A stretch of DNA of 62,995 nt, filler included, from Licmophora abbreviata (taxonomy: Eukaryota), in the NCBI GenBank assembly GCA_900291995.1. It is 16 parts of 16 records of this genome, joined end to end, with 100 filler letters (N's around TTAATTAATTAA, not from the genome) between each part and the next. Parts side by side here need not be neighbours in the genome. Positions count along the whole stretch, not along the records: positions 43,506 to 50,276 come from OLMU01001367.1; positions 50,377 to 52,713 come from OLMU01001369.1; positions 52,814 to 59,269 come from OLMU01001370.1; positions 59,370 to 60,410 come from OLMU01001371.1; 12 more parts are not named here. One strand, written 5' to 3'. The stretch's first letter is position 1; each line of letters begins with the position of its first letter. This document shows, in pieces, positions 46,516 to 60,112 of the stretch. A model generated the notes under the pieces. It searched no databases and was not told the DNA's origin. It saw only the letters and a program-made list of their open reading frames with translations. Made by a program: the position numbers and the translations under genes.

Positions 46516-49500
46516 ATGGAGAATTCTCAGCATGTCAAATCAATCAGTACCGATCCGCGAAGCAAGAATCGCCTCCGCTACAAGTCGTCTAGTCAGCGCG
46601 CCAAGACAGCATCCGCGGATGTCTATCGGTCCTACAAGCGGCGGATCGGGGTCACAAGCGCCGCTAGTCGCGAAGAGAGAGTACATCATCCTCATCGAGA
46701 GGGAACGGAGACGGGACTTTGCAAGCGTCGTCGTATTGAGAAGAGAGAAGACGGTGGTGGCGACAAAGTCGCAATTCTATCAGGTGTCGAGGAAGTGGGT
46801 ACAGCTGCAGACGACGAGTCGGACGTGGACTTCGAATCAACATTCGCCAGCGAACTTGATCTTGCTCTAGATCGGAATGCCTCGGAAATATTTGGACGAT
46901 TCTATAGAGAAGTGTGGCATCTCGCTCGATCTCTACCGGAAGTTCTTCACCACGCTACAGAAATTGTGGATCTGCTCGTCTCGTACCTGCTGTCGCCTGA
47001 GTCTGATCCAACAATCAAGTCGCCGAGTGTCTCAAAAGTGCAAACGTTAGGGGAAGAGAGAGAGACGTTCGTGTTAAATCATGCAACGACGGATATTTTG
47101 CATTTGCTGGCAGTGTTTGCTCGGGACTTGCGACATGAAATTCACCCTTTTATTCATTCGCTCATCATTCCTCGCATTGTCTACGATTTGCTGAATCCTC
47201 CTCTCCCACCCCGAGATTCTGGAAAACAACCACTCCCATTGGATGTGACCGTGGTGGAAGCTGCCTTCCGAACTCTTTCCTACGTCTTTCGCTACGACGC
47301 CGAGCCCATCCTTGCTGAGGTGGACAAGGAGGGACAAGAACCGTGCCTAGAACGGCTTCGCCAGTACTATGGTGCGGCGCTTGGTCACAGACGACAGTAT
47401 GTCCGTCGTCTTGCAGCAGAAACAATTGCGCCTATGATTCGAAAGCTAAAATTGGAGGAGCCACGGCGACGACACTTGCGTCGCGTGCTGCGTGCCTTGG
47501 CCGCGTCTGTCTCGGCTGTGAAGCTGGACGGGCGGCCACTCATGGATTGCTTGACGCGATTACAACGAGATGCAATAGACGGTATCGCCTTTCTCTTCTT
47601 TGAAACGGCGCATGGTGTGAATGGAAAGCTGCACTCCAGAGGAAATCTGATTGTTCGGTGCCTTTTCGAGTACGTATCTGCACCAGATGATTCTTCACGG
47701 AAAAACCCAAATTTGAACCGAGTCGACATGATACAGTTGGTCGCATCATCGTTCGTGGACAAGCTTGCTCGGTTTCTTGAAAAAAGTGGTGCCGAGGCCG
47801 TTGTGAAAGAGTTGCAGCGGGTTTCACGAAGAGTCTTATCCACTGCAGCGACATTGCTCGAAAAGCCCGATGCAGCTGCCAAGTTCGCTGTTCATGAAAC
47901 TCCATTGGCGAGCACATTGAAACTTTGGGATCACTGCATTCAACACAATGTCATTATCGTTGACAATCGGGATGCCATGAATTGTCTTTCTGAGGTCCTC
48001 GATCAGCTGCTGGAATCTCAAACATACAATCGTCTTACTGAATCTCTCCAGAGTCTTTTGCTGAAGGTCCTTGCCTCGGCCTGGAAGTCGCTATTCGACC
48101 ACGCATCGCTCACTTCTCGACTTGGTAATGCGTTGCTTTCGCTTTTTCGTTTGTCAACCGATGAGCTGGCCTTGAGTCGAGCTGCCGACTTCCTAGCTAT
48201 TGAGCTACTCCCGCATCTCCCCCCGGACATTGGTATTAAGTATGTTGGCACTGCGGTACTTTCGGCAGCTGCACGGAGAGCAAACCAAGATCGTGGTGGG
48301 TCGTTAGTGTTGATACTATCAGTCGTCAGCACTCGGACAACAGAAGATGAGAGCCCAGACGAAGATGATGATATATTCTTTCTAGAAGGGGCGAATCATT
48401 GCGAGATTTCGGCAGTTGAGCAAGAACGACTGATTGATCTTTGCCTTCAGGATCCTACTAACTGTTTCTCGGATAGCCAGGGAATTGCTGATATCGCTGC
48501 TTCCGCAAGATGTCTTCCCTTTCTTGCAGTGGCAGGAGATTCAAAAAGAAGAAAAGTCAACTATCAAAAACGGATTGAAGAGTGGGCTCTTGCATTGATG
48601 ACAGCTTTCGACGTCTGGACAAAGAAGCAGTCTGCTGAGAGCAGCAGCTTCGAATTTGTTTTTGCCAGCGCACTTGCGCTCGAAAGCGTCTCTGTTCTGA
48701 TTGCAAAAGATGACGCCTCTAGTTTATCCGTAACGGACCTTTCTCGTCTGCGTCCTTTTGTCGAGAAGATGCTTCTGACCTACCCACAGTCTATCTGGGT
48801 TGTGAAGGCCGTTGCGTCGTACACGGCTGCCACCAGAGGTTCTGGTCGGCAATTCTCGGATCAAGTGGATGAAGTATTCGACTCATTGGCACCAAACCTA
48901 CGAAAACAGAATCATTTTCTGAGATTACATACGCTCGAGATACTTGTGAGTCTTCCGAAGCGGCCTTTCGTCACTGATCACGCCGATATTGACTGGACGG
49001 ATGACTTGGACGAAGAGACGTCCAGTACACCAGAGAAGGCGACCGCTGTAGATGTGTACAGCTCGAGCAAGCCATCGGGCTTGTGCAACATACTCGAGAC
49101 GCTTCTCCAGCTTGAGTCGACACCTGTTAGCCTGGACAATGAACGTCGCATCGTCTCTTGTATCACGAGCGTTGAGATTCAGGCAAGGACAGGACGCCTA
49201 CCGGTAGCTTACGCAGAGGCAGCTTCGAATCATATGATAGGAATCCTACACATCAAATTCTCCCCCATCTGGGATGCTGCGGTGCGTGCATTGAAAGTTC
49301 TTACTTTAGCGAACGAGGGTTGCGCGTGGCCATCTCTTGTCGCGGCATTGAGAAATTGCATGCAGCCGACGCTAAAACACACACTAGTGGATACGGGCCT
49401 TCAGGCCGAAACGCGATTCATGTCTTGCAGCGATCATCTCATGACATGTGTGTCTTGGGACGAGTCAGGAGGAAGCAACTCCACACTTTTTTCGGATCGC

Positions 49501-52500
49501 ATTCGGAAGGTAGAAGCGGAAGGTCGGATATCTCGTCATTGCTGCACGGACTCACTAACCACCTGTCAGTATGTATGGCGTGTCCTCGAGAACACACCGG
49601 AGCTCGCTGCGAAAAAGTCGAGACATATCGTGCCCATGTTCCTTGACTTCTTGCATTCTCAATATTTCTTCTTCAATGGCAACGAAGCTGATGCAAGAGA
49701 ACTAAGTCTTGAAGCGGAAATAGACAGTTCGACCAGGTAAGAATATGTTGTGAGATTATGTGGCGAAAGGAGCGCCACGCTCATCATCTTCGTGAATTGC
49801 CCCAAGCTGGCCACGTGAAGCACTGCAACGCAATGAGATGCAGATGCGGCTGCTGTGTTTCCTAAGAACGTTCGCAGCGGTCAATGGTCCGCGACAGCTG
49901 TACAAGCATCAACTTCTGCTTTCAATCTTCAAGTCATTTCTATCGCACCACGAGACAGATGTGGCACAAACAGCTTTATCGTGCGTTCTTAAATACAAGC
50001 TTCCCTATCTTGTACCCTACGCAAATCATCTGGAGGCCATGTTAAGGAAAAACGAGCTTCGAGATGCGCTTCTGCGCTTTGATGTTTCGAAGACCAACTG
50101 TATAATCGATGCTGACCATCGAAACCTCCTCATCAACGTAATTACCCGCATCCTTTTTGGAAGGCTCTCGTCTCGCGTTGCTGTTGGCAAATCTTCGAAA
50201 GATACGCCGTCTACAAGGAGAGCAACTGTACTTTCTTTCTTTTCGGTCATTGCTGAGGACGAATCGGAACTTTATCNNNNNNNNNNNNNNNNNNNNNNNN
50301 NNNNNNNNNNNNNNNNNNNNTTAATTAATTAANNNNNNNNNNNNNNNNNNNNNNNNNNNNNNNNNNNNNNNNNNNNACCTTGCGAAAAAACATGCACCCT
50401 TGCTGTTGACTCACTTTTCTCAAAGGCTTGCATCAAGGAGCTCCTCAGGCATGGGCATATTTGGCAGAAATTTTTCCACGGGTAGCTCGACCAAATGTAA
50501 CGAACTGACGGTTCTGTGTCGATTGAGCCGCATACTTCTCAAGGGGAGTACGAACGTTGCGGGGCTCAATGACTGCGCAGTGCTTGAGACTCTGTGTGAG
50601 CTCTTAGTTGGGTTTCTGGGAAGATCGTCGAAAGCTAGCGAGGCGGATCTACTTCAATTGATCGAAATTCTTTCGGCGTTGATTCCCCGACTTGACGAAG
50701 AATCCGCACTGTCCCACCTTCCTGCATTGTCACAACTTCTGGGACCGGTAAAGGCGCTAGCAGGAAACCCATCCTTGTCTACTCGAAATTCAATAGCATT
50801 GCTCATTCGATCAATGTGTACCTGCTCAGGAGTTGCTCATCAGCTCCAGGGTATTGCCGATGTGACTGTGCAGCTATGCTCTAGCCACAGCAAGAGAGTC
50901 GACGAGATGGACTACGATATGGTTCTCTCAGCACTGAACAGTCTCGCGGATGAGTCTTTTGTGTATGGTTGGAGGCAGTTATGCGCTGATGGGAGACCTG
51001 CTCTTCTTCTCCCTGTTGTTCAGATCTGTTTCTTTTTGCTCTACAGTGACGACGGTGTCGTAAACAGAGGAGCTTTCATGGCGTTGAAGTCACTCGTTGC
51101 CTCTGCAGCTGTACACGAGGAGAGACCGTCGTCGATAGCAATGCAAGACGACCAGGAGCAGAGCGCATGGGCGAAGTTCATCGAGACGGTGTTTGTTCCC
51201 ATCGTACGAAGTGGAATTGGTGGGAGATCGCAAGCCAATCGACGAATGCATATTCTTCTTCTCGCCGAGGTTTCCCGGAACTTCAAAGGCAACTCATCCC
51301 CAAATCTTTACGGTGACCTTGGCAGCCTTATTCGAGATGATGAACCAGAACTTGATTTCTTCCTGAATATCACGCACGTTCAGATTCATCGTCGGTGCCG
51401 AGCAATACAGAGACTTCGAAGGACATTGGACAGCGAACCTAGGAGTCAATTTCACCTACAGAGCCTATCTAATGTTCTTCTTCCAATTGCCCTCCATCCA
51501 ATCTACGAAAGCAAGACAAAATTGGAAGAGCCATTCGCGCTTGAAGCAATTTCTCTGATTGGAGAGATTGCGAAACGTCTCTCTTGGAGCAAATACCACA
51601 ATACTCTCTGGACGGCATTGGTCCAGCTCGAGCGACATCCAGAGCAGGAGCGTTACTTGATTGGGACTATTTGCGCGATGCTGGATTCCTTTCACTTCGA
51701 TCTTGTCGAATCTGCTCCAGCTAGTGGGAATGGCTCCCACAATGCGACAAGCCACAGATCGAACACTGCTGTGTGGCGAGCCCTTGAAAACAGGATAGTC
51801 CCTAAAGTCGAAAATCTTCTCACGAAAGAGAAGCTTGGCAGAGATGGAGAAAAGACGAAAATACTACGACCACATGTTGTTCTAGCACTCCTGAAGCTGT
51901 CTCAGAAGTTCCCGAAGAGTGTGTTCGAATCGAAACTCCCTCGACTACTGGCCATTATGTGTGATACGTTGAAAAGCAAAGACTCCGACGCGAGAGATGC
52001 TGCCAGGCTTACTCTGGCAAAGATGACCGTGTCCATGAACTTGGAATACATGCACGAGGTTATCAATCACCTAGCCACTTCGCTGACAGAGGGCTACCAG
52101 TTGCATGTTCGCATGGCCACTGTACATACAATTCTCTTGCATCTGTTAGAACTTCCCATGGATGCCATCGCGACCCCGTCAGAAGATACGATGTCTCGTC
52201 CGTTCGATCGGTGTATTCCAGTTATGATGGATCTAATTCAAGCTGATCTTTTTGGTACAGCACGAGAGCGAAAAGTGGTCGAAGGAGCAAGGAAACGCTT
52301 CGTGAAAGAAGCCTTTGGATCGAAGAGTAATGATGCAGTCGAGCTTATTAGCCGGTTGCTTTATTTCAAGCCCTCACATGCCGCAATCACTGGCTCAGTT
52401 TCGTCGATTCACTCGGTAATTATGCCGCTGCTTAACAGGTTGCAGTCGCCTGACACTAGTTCCGGAATGATAGGAAGAATCCGCGAGTGTCTTAACAGAG

Positions 52501-55151
52501 TTGTGGTGGGACTATCGAGGAACCCAAGTGTAACAATCGACGAAGTGTTTCCGTTCATCTACGCATCAATTAGCCCATTCATCATTGAGTCTCACATTGC
52601 TGGGCCAGACGAGTGCGCCTCGAGTAGCGAAGAGGAGTTGGATGGGCAGATAGCGGTCAGCTCGTTGGAGAAAACAACAGGATCGCGTACAAAGTCGACA
52701 AGGTCAAGACATTNNNNNNNNNNNNNNNNNNNNNNNNNNNNNNNNNNNNNNNNNNNNTTAATTAATTAANNNNNNNNNNNNNNNNNNNNNNNNNNNNNNN
52801 NNNNNNNNNNNNNTGGAGAAAACAACAGGATCGCGTACAAAGTCGACAAGGTCAAGACATTCAAAATCATCGAAAGTAGTGGAATGGCGTCCTTCTGCGC
52901 TGAACACTTCCAAGAGCAGCCGAGATGCCCGGAATACGAAGAATAGTGATCAGAGGCAGCTCCGCCTCGTGAAGGACGGGGCAAGCGCACCGAAGCTCAC
53001 TGGTAGCTCACGATATGGTCCTAGCTCTGATCTTGCGTCTCCGAGTCTCAACAGTCCATCAAGTGTCTGTGCCGTTCTTTTTGGACTCGGGCTTCTACAT
53101 TCGATTTTAAAGAAAGCAAAACTGCCTTACGGTGTCAGGAGCACCGATGAAGTTCTCGACCCCTTTATTCCTTTACTAACTACATGTGTCTGTGCTTGCA
53201 CGGATAACGACGTTATTCTCCTATCCATTCGATGTCTCGGATTTCTGCTGCGGATGAATCTCCCGTCAGTCGAATACTCCTCGAGGGCGATTGGGGCGAA
53301 AATATTGGATATGTTGACGTCAGCCGGGTCGCTCGCGAATTTGCACCAAGAATTGACACAAGCGTGTTTTAAAGCGCTTACATTGCTCATATCCAAGAAC
53401 TCTACGCCGCAGAACATAGGACGGGAGAAATCTTCGGCCATTGTGGCTAGCGAAGACCCAGCTTCAGTTCCCCTGAACTCTTCTCAAATGCAAGCCTTGA
53501 TATCACTTCTAAAAGGCGCTGTCGTTGAATCAGATCATCACAATCCCACATTTGGATTGATAAAGGCGATTGCTTCGCAGCGTTATATATCAACCGAATT
53601 CTATGATCTTATGGAAACATGCCTCGAACTCTCCGTCCGCAGTCAAAAAACAGCGGTTCGGCAGGTATGTATCAACTATGCAACTACGCCACGCTTATTG
53701 AGAATTCATGAAACCTCTGAACATATCTTGCTCGTCCCCCCATTTCTTGCTCTTCGAAGCTGAGTGCAAATATTTTCATGCGCTACCTTCTCGACTACCC
53801 AATGGGAAAGCAGCGACTCGAAGATCACTTGAAGCAGATAGTTTCAAACACCAAGTACGAGTACGAGGAAGGAAAGCTGTCCGCTGTGGGGTTGGCGACC
53901 ACCGCAATCGAGAAGCTACCCATCGCTCTGCTAGAAGAGCACTCGCGACTTTTCTTTCTTCCGATGGTTCTTCAGCTAGTCAACGATGAATCAAAGGCAT
54001 GTCGCGAGGCCGTCGCCAAGCTCATTTCGCGACTGCTTACCCGAGTGTCCATCGATACCGTGCAGTCGTTCTACGACTATATCGTTCGCTGGTCTGGGGG
54101 AGAAATCCATCTTCAGCGCACGGCGCTCCAGCTCTTTGGTATAGTTGTAGACGCACGGCCAGACTTTGTGAAGCGTAGTGGCATAACTCCTGTCCTGTTT
54201 GAACGACTCTGCGATTTCTTGGGTCGACTGGACACCGATGACACGTGGGAGATTCCGTACTTCTCTCTGCTTTGTCTGGAGAAAATGAAGGATCGCGATC
54301 TTGATTTTGTGTCGAATGATCGATGTTTCAGTATGGCGGTAGAGAGCTTGGTGCACCCACACCCGTGGGTAAAGCGGTCTGCCTCTCGGCTTGTAGCGGC
54401 CGAGCTCGCCCTCATGGAGTTGGAATCTTTCGCGAAAGATAGCAACAACCCGTTTGTAAAACGGCCAGGTGCTCTCTACAAACTGGCATGCAACGTTTGT
54501 ACGATTCTGGATTTGGATGAACCCGAGCAAGACACGGATCTCTCGACGTGTGCCATCAAGGCGCTGACTTGGATCGTTCAAGCCATGGATCAAGCCCCGA
54601 CGTTGTGTTTCGCCGTGGAAACTAGTGCAGACCAGAATCCGGTAAAATGGCTCATGACGCGTCTATCTCAAATTGCCAAGCCCAAGGGTACTGAGCGCCG
54701 TAAGGGGATGTTCAAGTGTTTTGCCGCCTTTGCCACATTCGGTGGTGCTGACCTTGTCGTTCCTTACCTGGAGCTGATAATGGAACCGTTACACCGATCG
54801 ATTGTCGAAGCCGAGAATATTTCGAGTGTATCAAAGGCTTTCGCGCGTAATCAACCTGTGGAGGAATCCGAGGAAGCTACGTTGGCCAGAGATACGCTCC
54901 AGGTGCTAGAAGACAGTTGCAGCGAGCAGTCTGATACATTCTTGAAAGCGTACGCCGCCGTCAAGATCAAGGCTCGCGATAAGAAGGAGCAAAGAAAGCA
55001 GCATGCAGCATCGGAAGCCATTCGAGATCCTCGAGCGGCTGCAGTACGCAAAATGAAGAAACAACACCAAGAAAAGAAGCGAAGAAAACGTCGGAGTGAC
55101 GAACATCGCCAGCAGCACGGTCGTCAAGCCAAACGGAGACATCACTTCTAG
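46516..55151 (+). CDS. UTP20: U3 snoRNP/SSU processome HEAT-repeat protein UTP20. Introns 49737-49806 and 53665-53759; spacers 50277-50376 and 52714-52813
   Basis: SLPEVLHH, FARDLRHE, DFFLNITHVQIHRR.RA, GYQLHV, LLDYPMGK.RL..HL, YEYEEG, HPHPWV, basic C-terminus. More than 2700 codons in total. Confidence 0.92.
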
Positions 55152-55528
55152 AAGTGAACGAGGATACTCACGGCAGATCATAGATTTACCACATCTATCT
55201 AGCCACAGTGACGGTCTATTTCTCATCTCTAGGCCGTACAATTCATGATGCGACAATTCCTCGTCCTTCTTTGTTTATCAAATTCGATCGGTCGACATCG
55301 GGGACTATATCGCACGCTGGCGGCTCCCACCAATTCATAAAAGTAAACGACAAAGACGGCCATAACACTTCCTATAACAGTCAAGGAACTGAGTCTCGAG
55401 AGACAACTCTGGAGGCACGAGACAAAAGCACAGCGGAGCCTCCACCTTTTTTCCCACTGACACCTATTTGATAGTCCGTCCTAGTTCCTTTTTCCGTCAC
55501 CATATTACAAGACAGAGTAAAACGAAGA

Positions 55529-56854
55529 CTACGAATAACCCCTCCTCGGCAGTAGGGCGAGACGATACTTTTGTTCCGTCGCATGCCGTTGCTGCTCCAA
55601 ACGCTGTTGCACTCGCTGTACAATGCCACCACTCGTTCCTTCCAATAGGAGTGTTCTCTGTTTCCGCCGCGGGGGTGGAAATGCCAAGGAGAGTTCCTGC
55701 TCTAGCTCGCTGTCGTGGATGCGACGATCCCATGCGGCGCACGCGCGAATGCGTGCAGTATCGCTGCAGTAACTCGAAGCGAAGGACTGTGCTGCAGTCG
55801 TCAGTACGGGGCCGACCATGGAAGACGAAGAAGAGGTACACGAGGAAGCAGGCATGTTGAGAAGCGTCTGAAGGCTCTGGATGCTCTGCCAAGTCTGCTC
55901 GAGCGCTTCTTGTTGTGTCGTGAGCAACATAGTTTCTGTACTGTCTTGGCCGTTCGTAGCGTTGGGTGTAGCATGGTATGTATCCTGCGACGGCAAGGCA
56001 TGCTGATGCATACGTTTTGCCTTTTGAATGTCGGTCGCAAGTGCCGCGAGCCGTTCACGATGTAACGTGCGTGTAGGGCTGTCTTCGTCATTGTCATTCA
56101 TAGTAGTAGTAGTAGTAGCAGCAGCATCCTTGGTGGCGGTCATGTTGTCGTAGCAAAAGATACGCCACACCAAATCATGTCGGAAGAGCAGTTCCACCGA
56201 GGGTGGTGGTAGACGATGCTTGTTGTGGTGGTTGGCTTTCTCATTGTCGTCGTTCGTAGCATCCTCCTCCTGATGACGCATGAGTTTGGTGGGCATCGCG
56301 ACATGGACTCGTCTCAAACAGTCGAGGTTCATTTGATAGACAGTCGACTCATCGATCCGGAGAAGGAGTAGATTTTGGGGGACATTTGAAATCGGAGTAG
56401 TAGAAGTAGTATCGGGCGTTGCTCCTTCAGGACTTGATTTTCTCTTGAGGTCCGAAGTGGTCGATGCAGAGGAGGAGGAGGCGTAAGTCGAAGGATGTCT
56501 GACTTTGTCGTCCGGTACGAGGGCAATTTCGAGTCGACACACGGTTGGATCGAATGACGGACTACTAGTAGCAGTAGTAGAGTATGTCGTGGTCATGACT
56601 GGACCGAATGTGAAAGTACGGATATCGTTCTCATCCTGGGTGCGGGACGACGAGGATGGTTCGATGGATACCCGAAAGTCTCCGTGACGACAGTAATTAT
56701 CCTCGTTCGACGATGGCCAGTACGACGGATCAGAAGGAATCAAGCAATCCAAAGAGTTCAGAAAGGCCGTGCGTTCCATACTGATGCAAGTTTTGAGTGA
56801 ATGAGTGAGTGACTGCGGAGCGACGAACCTCGTCTGTGATGGCGATGAACTCAT
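55529..56854 (-). CDS. Hypothetical Ser/Thr-rich protein
   Basis: 441-codon ATG ORF with triplet microsatellites (56100-56125); no recognised family. Confidence 0.55.
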   Translation of the reverse strand: MSSSPSQTRFVAPQSLTHSLKTCISMERTAFLNSLDCLIPSDPSYWPSSNEDNYCRHGDFRVSIEPSSSSRTQDENDIRTFTFGPVMTTTYSTTATSSPSFDPTVCRLEIALVPDDKVRHPSTYASSSSASTTSDLKRKSSPEGATPDTTSTTPISNVPQNLLLLRIDESTVYQMNLDCLRRVHVAMPTKLMRHQEEDATNDDNEKANHHNKHRLPPPSVELLFRHDLVWRIFCYDNMTATKDAAATTTTTMNDNDEDSPTRTLHRERLAALATDIQKAKRMHQHALPSQDTYHATPNATNGQDSTETMLLTTQQEALEQTWQSIQSLQTLLNMPASSCTSSSSSMVGPVLTTAAQSFASSYCSDTARIRACAAWDRRIHDSELEQELSLAFPPPRRKQRTLLLEGTSGGIVQRVQQRLEQQRHATEQKYRLALLPRRGYS

Positions 56855-57173
56855 GAACTCATATACTCGTAGTAACAGCAGCAGAGCGCCGTGTGCAATG
56901 TGCTCGTCTCAAAAGTTTGGCGCGTTAGGAATTTGGAATTGTCAACAAGCTCATGTCATCCAAGATTCCTTTTCTACAGACTTCCACTTAGTTAATAATT
57001 TGGGAATCTGGAGTTTCTTTCTAATCCAAAGCTGCAGAGCCACGCAGGCAGGCTCGTCGTCGCGTGTGTCTCTGTCTCTCGCATTCTTTCATTTCACGCG
57101 CGCCGTGCCTCATAAAAGGTGTTTGGGTCGACAAAACGAGAAAGCAGCGAGCCAATACTCCACCAAGACCACC

Positions 57174-59779
57174 ATGGACGATGTAAGTAGAACTGTAAAC
57201 AAGAGAGCGAGAGAGAAAAACGTCGTATCGAGCAAGAAACACTCTTGGTGCACCGAATTCAAAAGAGATCGACGTCTTCTGTAGAATCAGTACCATCTTC
57301 TACGGGAGTACACGATCGATTGACTGAGTGTCACGCTGCTGCTGCACACTCTCTCCTCATGTGTCCTGTTGTTGCTTCTGTCTCTTTTTGTATAAACGCA
57401 GCATGACGACCACGTCTGTCCGCTTTGTTGCGAAGAGCTGGACTTGTCCGATCGACAGTTTTATCCCTGCAAATGCGGCTACCAAGTCTGCATGTGGTGC
57501 TGGCATCGCATTCGAGAGTCGGAATCTGGTCTGTGTCCTGCCTGCCGGACTCCCTACGGGGATGACCCACACGAGTTTAGTGCGGTCGATGTGGAAGATG
57601 TATTAAAGGCGAACAAGGAAAAGGCGGCTGCTGAAAAGCGTTTGAAACAACAGCAGCAACAACAACAACACCACGACGGTGACGTGTCATCGGATGGGGA
57701 GGCTCCCGAGCCACCCAAGGATCGGACGCAGTTGGCGAATATGAGAGTCATTCGTCGGAATTTAGTCTACTCCGTGGGTCTACCTCCCAGCATTGCCAAT
57801 GAAGAGACGCTACGAAAGTCGGAATACTTTGGGCAGTACGGAAAAGTGTCCAAGATTGTACTCAATCGAACGCATGCTAATAGTAGTAGCACTGGTGGTG
57901 GAGATGCTCGGCGAGCGAGTGCTTCGGCTTATGTCACCTTTCTTCATAAGGTATGTTTGACGATGTCTTCTTTTCACTCTCATTGGAAAAAACTTGCGCT
58001 TACATTCTGCTTCTTCTCTATCTCTACAGGAGGACACGCTGGCTTGTATTCTCGCTTTGGACGGCTTTTTCCTCGACGGAAGGAACGTTCGCGCCTCCTA
58101 CGGCACGTCCAAGTACTGTTCTGCCTTTATCAAAAACGTTCGTTGCAATAATCCAGAATGTACCTACCTCCATCATATGGGGGCAGCGGAGGATACTTTT
58201 ACCAAACAAGAGATTCAAGCGGGCTACGTGACGAGCGGACGGGATGTACTGGCGCGGCAGCAGCAGATTGTGGCACAGGCTCTTAGTGCAGCGTCGTCGG
58301 GTGGGACGCGTCGCAAGGTGGGAGGCGGTGGGCCATCGGGAACGGGAAAAGCGTCTTCGAATCCTGTCTTTCCACCGCCGGCCTATGACGAACCGCAAAA
58401 ACCATCGTCATTGGTGCCGCAGCAGCCTCTTGCTCGTGCCGTCACGACTACGGGCTTTCCTGTGGCCTCGTTGTCGTCGAATGGTGCAAAGATTGGACGA
58501 TCCGTGTCCATGTCGTCGGAGCCTGTCCCTGCTGCACCGATGCGCCGAGCTTCGGTCGGCGGTGGCGTCTCGGCAGCGTCGGTGGTTGCCGGGGTTCACA
58601 ACGCGGCGCCGACAACGGAAGCGCCAGCACCGCACACGACCCTGACATCCTTGACGCCGCTCAAACGTCAATCCAAGACTGCGGGCAGGTCGTCATCGAC
58701 TAGTGCTATTGGTGCCTCGTTTTCCCATGACAGTAGTGATTCCAATCGTTTGGCATCGCCCAAGATGGACAAGCCTAACAGCAGCAAGAATCATCAACAT
58801 CTTCCCACATTCCGAAAGGTGAGCGGTACGGCTGCGACGTCGCCGTCGTCTTCAAATTCATCCTTGACCAACAATAATGATTCCAGTGTGGGGTCGCTCG
58901 GTGGTACCATTATTGGAGCTGCTCCCATTGGATCCAATGGCGGGGCCGCAGTGGGCGCGATTGGATCGGCCTTTGGTAGTCGTACTGGCGCGATGGGATC
59001 TGGTGGTCTTGGTGGACAGCCGATTGGAGCGGCTGACTTTGGCCGACGCAGTACCAGTCACGGTGGCGGCGAAATCTTCTCCGGCAACCAGAAAGACAAG
59101 TGGGGTGCCGCGGGTGGAGAAATCGGCGGCAGAGGACTTTGGGAAGCTCCGGCGCCCGCACCCATTGGTGCCTCTCTTTCTGGTAACAGCGGATCGTTGG
59201 GTATTATTGGTGGATCGTCGTCGAACGGACTCGGCTCCATTGGCAGTGCCCTCGGGGCTCATAGTTCGGNNNNNNNNNNNNNNNNNNNNNNNNNNNNNNN
59301 NNNNNNNNNNNNNTTAATTAATTAANNNNNNNNNNNNNNNNNNNNNNNNNNNNNNNNNNNNNNNNNNNNCTGGATCCTTGCGCGAATCTTCACCCGCGTT
59401 TGGACCGCCATCCCAGCAGCATGCTGTTGGTGGACGGCAGTCGGCTGGCGTGATTGGTCGTGGCGGCGTGCATCAAGCGCCAATTGGAGGACACGTGATT
59501 GGTATGCCGTCCAGGGGAGTACCAGGCAGTGCACCCCAGCCGATTGGCAACAAGAACGACGTTGCTCTCTTGCAGAGTCTCTTGCCGGGTGTGCACATTA
59601 CGAGTGGAAATGCTCAGCAGCCTGCGGCATCGGCAGGAGGATGGAACCCCTTGCAGTCGAGTGATGGTGGTCTCGATACGTGGGGCGTCGGAGCGAGTGG
59701 TCGTGGTGGATCGATGCTGGGTCCTAACAACGGAGGTCAGAAGCAAGGTCAGCATCAGAGTAGTAGCAGCATTTGGTAA
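57174..59779 (+). CDS. CNOT4: CCR4-NOT-associated E3 ligase NOT4. Introns 57183-57401 and 57951-58029; spacer 59270-59369
   Basis: C4C4 RING CPLC...PCKCGYQVCMWC...CPACR, RRM (RVIRRNLVY, YFGQYGK, SAYVTF), ASYGTSKYC..F...C...C.YLH zinc finger. Confidence 0.95.
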
Positions 59780-60112
59780 CTGATTGGAACGTTGGAGATG
59801 TGTTGATGAATGGAATGGAAAATAAACATGGCAATGGAAGGGTTTGGATGGAATGGAATACTATTATGAAATTGGTGGAGTGCGTGGAATGGTTTTGGTG
59901 TTGGTCATTTTGCAATGGATGGGGCGAAAGCTTCTACGAGGTTCCTTTTTTCAGATACCAAGATGATATGCGTGGTGTGGATGACCTATGAATGATGAGT
60001 GATGGTCTAAAATATAATGATGATAATTATGTTGGAGTATGTCTTTTTTGCATGTATGAGACTCTTACCATGAAAAGTTGTTGCAATCTGCAGAGTGTCG
60101 TGGGCGACTCTC

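Noticed and set aside
59780..59930. TGGAA-rich tract after the NOT4 stop
   Set aside because: Irregular low-complexity 3'UTR, not a true satellite or telomere.
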